From a virus: DNA of 64,000 nt. Under the pieces are notes generated by a model, which was not told the DNA's origin, made no database searches, and saw only the letters and a program-made list of their open reading frames with translations. Positions 60,943 through 64,000 of this stretch are shown here, piece after piece. Position numbers and translations under genes: made by a program. Position 1 is the stretch's first letter; each line of letters starts with the position of its first letter. The DNA lies in the IMG/VR virus record IMGVR_UViG_3300027770_000039, positions 46,974 to 110,973 of that record. One strand, given 5' to 3'.

Positions 60943-61148
60943 TATTTTACCTTACTCCCAAATTTTGCCCATACTCTTTCGTGAATAAAATATCCAAGGG
61001 CTTCCCAACCTATATATATCAGTGCTCCAAGGCTTGCGTATTCCCACTCACTAGTAAATAGATAAATAACTCCAGCAACACCTACAAGGTGAAAAGTTTC
61101 CCAACTTAATGTTTTAATAAGTGTTTTTTTAGTTGAATCTTTAGACAT
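60942..61148 (-). CDS. DUF2061-like small membrane protein
   Basis: IKTLSW...YFIHERVW. Confidence 0.65.
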   Translation of the reverse strand: MSKDSTKKTLIKTLSWETFHLVGVAGVIYLFTSEWEYASLGALIYIGWEALGYFIHERVWAKFGSKVK

Positions 61149-61555
61149 TATTTGTCCCAATTCGTGTCTACTGGTTGTTCCTCTGGCATAGCACCATCAG
61201 GCTTGTTCAATCTACGTGCTTTTGCTTCATCAATTTCTGATTCTAATTTTTTGTCTGCTTGTGTATTTTTTGCGTCAACTTCTTTATTAGCAATTTGTGC
61301 TGCCATTACATCTTTTGCTCCAGATGATCCAATTAGTAACCCAGCAAGTGTTCCTGTAATAAATGTTGCAACGCTTCCAAGAACGTTAAAGAACATTTTA
61401 TCGTTTTCTGATTGACCAGTAACTGGCTGTGTAACAAATATTAACGCATACATAATTCCTGTTGCTGTAATAAATAGAATTGATCCTAGAGTTATACCTA
61501 AAATAAATTTAAGTCTTGCGTCTAAGTCTTGCGGTGATAATCTTTCTTTAGCCAT
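61148..61555 (-). CDS. Two-TM membrane protein
   Basis: Two hydrophobic helices and a charged tail. Confidence 0.65.
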   Translation of the reverse strand: MAKERLSPQDLDARLKFILGITLGSILFITATGIMYALIFVTQPVTGQSENDKMFFNVLGSVATFITGTLAGLLIGSSGAKDVMAAQIANKEVDAKNTQADKKLESEIDEAKARRLNKPDGAMPEEQPVDTNWDK

Positions 61556-61745
61556 TTATTGGCTCCTTAATCTCTACTAAGTCTTCTGGACAAGCCCCGT
61601 TAGCTGTACAGATTGGTGGTTTGCACTCTGCTGATTCCCAATTCATTGGATCTTGACATGGATAACGATAATGACCGTCATACTTGCATCCAGATAATGA
61701 TAGCATTATTAAGCCAAATAAAGCAATGGGAATTAATTTTTTCAT
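61548..61745 (-). CDS. Small Cys-rich lipoprotein
   Basis: Lipobox LSGC; four further Cys; leaderless start. Confidence 0.7.
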   Translation of the reverse strand: MKKLIPIALFGLIMLSLSGCKYDGHYRYPCQDPMNWESAECKPPICTANGACPEDLVEIKEPING

Positions 61746-61761
61746 ATCCCAATTATATCAT

Positions 61762-61953
61762 TTATTCGTCTTTTTCTGATTTTTCTCTTATTCCAATGGT
61801 TAAAAACCATAGGGCTACTGAGGCTATAGTTACATAACCTACTACTGTTTTTGCGCTGCCCTCAAGTACTACCCAGGCTACAAAAAATCCTAGGAATGTA
61901 AAGTTTTCATTTAGGGCCGCAAAGCCCCATTTTTTTAACCAGTTCATATTCAT
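61762..61953 (-). CDS. Small membrane protein
   Basis: Two TM segments, following the large surface protein. Confidence 0.55.
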   Translation of the reverse strand: MNMNWLKKWGFAALNENFTFLGFFVAWVVLEGSAKTVVGYVTIASVALWFLTIGIREKSEKDE

Positions 61954-61954
61954 A

Positions 61955-64000
61955 TTATACCTTCCTTCTATATGCTGTGCCAAGAACTATCTGGCCAGCT
62001 ATTATTGTTACAACTACTATATCTTCTGCTTTTTCACGTTCTGGTATAGACATATCGGCACCTATATTAATCAGTGCCTTGCCTAATTCACATTTTTGTT
62101 CTTCTGTTAAGCCTTCAATTGCTTCATCTGGATTAAAACATGTAGCAATTGCGTTTGCTAAAGCTGCTGGACTTTCTAATACAAGTAGTGCAGAAGCAAC
62201 TTCTGCCTGAATAACTACTGGATTGCCGTTAGCATCTTCTCTTACTTCTACTGGAAGTGTTGGTGGAAGGTCACGATACTCAAGTCCTGCTGCTTCTATG
62301 TTGGCAGCAGTTACTGGCGCTCCATCTGCTGCTGTAATCAATACCTCTGAAACTAAATCTTTTTCTGCTAATGTAAAAGAACCATCTTGAGTTAGCGCAT
62401 CAGATAAATTATTTACTTCTGAAGTAGTAATATCTCCATCTGCAGATAATGCATCTACAATTAACTTTGCTTCATTTGTAGATAGCCCGCCTTCGGACAC
62501 AAGTGCTGCAACTAGTGATGTAACTTCTGAGTTTGTAACTACTCCATCAGAATTAAGAGCATCTAAAACTAAGGCTGATTCATTTGCGCTTAATGTTCCA
62601 TCTGAGATTAACTGGTCAGTTAATGTGCTTATTTCTGAAGATGTTATCTCTCCATCAGACATTAATGCATCTAATACTGCTTCTGCATCTGCTGCTGTTA
62701 AATTACCGTCAGCAATTAGATCTTCTACAACTGAAATAATTTCTTCGACAGTTAGTGGTGGTAATTCTTCAATAGCGGGAGGTTGAGGTTCTTCGGCAGG
62801 AGGTTCTTCAACTACAACAGGAGGTTCTTCAACTACAACAGGAGGTTCTTCAACTACAACAGGAGGTTCTTCAACTACAATAGGAGGTTCTTCAACTACA
62901 ACAGGAGGCTCAGGTTCTACCATTGGAGGTTCTTCAGCAGGTGCAGGTGTAGGTTGAATTGCTCCGCCACCATTTAAGTTTGCACCTTGTGGTGCTGGTA
63001 CAGAAATAACAGTTTCAGTATATTGACTTACAGGTCCAGACCAGTTAGCAACTCTAACAGTATAAGTAGCGCCTTCTGTCAAACCACTCAACTGAATAGA
63101 TGCAGGAGCGCCATCAGTATTTAATGTTTGTCCCTCATATGGATTTTCTGCATCAGGATCTTCAGTTACTACTTGATAGAACCAAGTGTTTGCTGTATAT
63201 CCTTGAGGTAAGGATGGAGTAATGGTTGCGGTAGTACCTGCAACAATTGGAGTTGAAATTATTGGGGCAGGGGTTGGAATGTTGTTATTAATTGCAGTAA
63301 CTAATTGACTTGATTTAGTGTTTAATGATGACTGAAGAGAGGTTTTTGTTGATACCGCTGAGTTCACGGTATTAGTTAAAGATGTTGTGTTAATAGCATT
63401 TATTGCTGACGTGTTTGTAGTATTCTGGGCAACGACTGGGGTAAGGCTTGAGTTTAATTGTGCAATGGTTATATTTGCTGCGTCAACCGCTGCCTGAACT
63501 GTTGAAGTATTTGGATCTACATAAGGTGTAAAAGCAGGACCTTGACTTATTTGTCCAGCAAATCCAGCACCAGAATTAGTGTCTGTAATATTAATTACTG
63601 CGCCACCAGTTGTTTGTCTGTAATTAAATCTTGCTTGGTTTGGAATTGGTCCATTAGCAGTTACATCTGCAATCCATGCACCATTACTTGGGTTTACATC
63701 AGCATTAAATCTTACTTGAACCATTTGTGTTGAAGCATCCTGTTGTGGATAAGGTCTAAGATCCCATGCAATATCTAAACTTGTTCCAGTAGTTGCATAA
63801 GTAATACCTGTTCCTGTGCTCCATGTTGTCCAGTCCCATCCAGCAATAGATACGGATGGAGCATTTGGAGTTGAATAGTAATTTGATCCTTCATTCACTC
63901 CAAATGTTATTGTTGCATTAGAGCCTACATAAACATTGTTATAAACAGTGCCACCCATTTGCATTCCAAATGGAAGATTCATTCTAACCCCAGCATCATC
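61955..64000 (-). CDS. Large membrane-anchored surface protein (FN3, EEPPVVV linker, acidic DG repeats); 5' end outside the window
   Basis: Frame stays open past 63982 (DDAGVRMNLPF); C-terminal hydrophobic anchor plus RRK. Confidence 0.7.
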   Translation of the reverse strand, partial: DDAGVRMNLPFGMQMGGTVYNNVYVGSNATITFGVNEGSNYYSTPNAPSVSIAGWDWTTWSTGTGITYATTGTSLDIAWDLRPYPQQDASTQMVQVRFNADVNPSNGAWIADVTANGPIPNQARFNYRQTTGGAVINITDTNSGAGFAGQISQGPAFTPYVDPNTSTVQAAVDAANITIAQLNSSLTPVVAQNTTNTSAINAINTTSLTNTVNSAVSTKTSLQSSLNTKSSQLVTAINNNIPTPAPIISTPIVAGTTATITPSLPQGYTANTWFYQVVTEDPDAENPYEGQTLNTDGAPASIQLSGLTEGATYTVRVANWSGPVSQYTETVISVPAPQGANLNGGGAIQPTPAPAEEPPMVEPEPPVVVEEPPIVVEEPPVVVEEPPVVVEEPPVVVEEPPAEEPQPPAIEELPPLTVEEIISVVEDLIADGNLTAADAEAVLDALMSDGEITSSEISTLTDQLISDGTLSANESALVLDALNSDGVVTNSEVTSLVAALVSEGGLSTNEAKLIVDALSADGDITTSEVNNLSDALTQDGSFTLAEKDLVSEVLITAADGAPVTAANIEAAGLEYRDLPPTLPVEVREDANGNPVVIQAEVASALLVLESPAALANAIATCFNPDEAIEGLTEEQKCELGKALINIGADMSIPEREKAEDIVVVTIIAGQIVLGTAYRRKV
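62798..62902. repeat. 5 x 21-bp tandem repeat encoding VVVEEPP
   Basis: AGGAGGTTCTTCAACTACAAC units, one with a single substitution. Confidence 0.95.

Noticed and set aside
1-64000. Stop-codon reassignment or suppressor tRNA
   Set aside because: Genes are full length in the standard code; the tRNAs found read Asp, CAT and Arg.

Overview
This is a 64-kb segment of a large, AT-rich tailed dsDNA phage. The host is most likely a freshwater actinobacterium, inferred from WhiB, an Lsr2-like gene, GP88, abundant leaderless genes and GAAAGGA-type RBSs. Bases 1-21 kb (- strand) hold the capsid, prohead protease, portal, a LamG protein and tail-fibre genes. This block is interrupted by an ~7.4-kb cluster of tailoring enzymes (2OG-Fe(II) oxygenases, SDR, GT-like, GNAT-like, DUF6065-like) lying directly behind an FN3-(PFGFT)n-Hint protein. 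Bases 21-29 kb carry class II RNR, a lysozyme-like protein, cytochrome P450, a sulfotransferase and two candidate ncRNAs. Bases 29.3-41 kb (+ strand) look like an early/host-takeover island of small genes and 2 tRNAs. The island has 12 copies of a non-canonical TGTCRGT-N9-TANNNT promoter, a shared AACGAAAGGA RBS, ~10 co-oriented GGG..TTA(C/A)G-N17-CCYGAAA elements, CRP- and DnaA-like boxes, and a structured RNA whose loop is the exact antisense of the shared RBS. Bases 41-64 kb (mostly - strand) carry accessory genes: AdoMetDC, two Ntn proteases, a variant catalase, QOR, methyltransferases, more oxygenases, a subtilase, WhiB, a CHAP endolysin and surface proteins. All calls come from reading motifs by eye; no database searches or folding programs were run.
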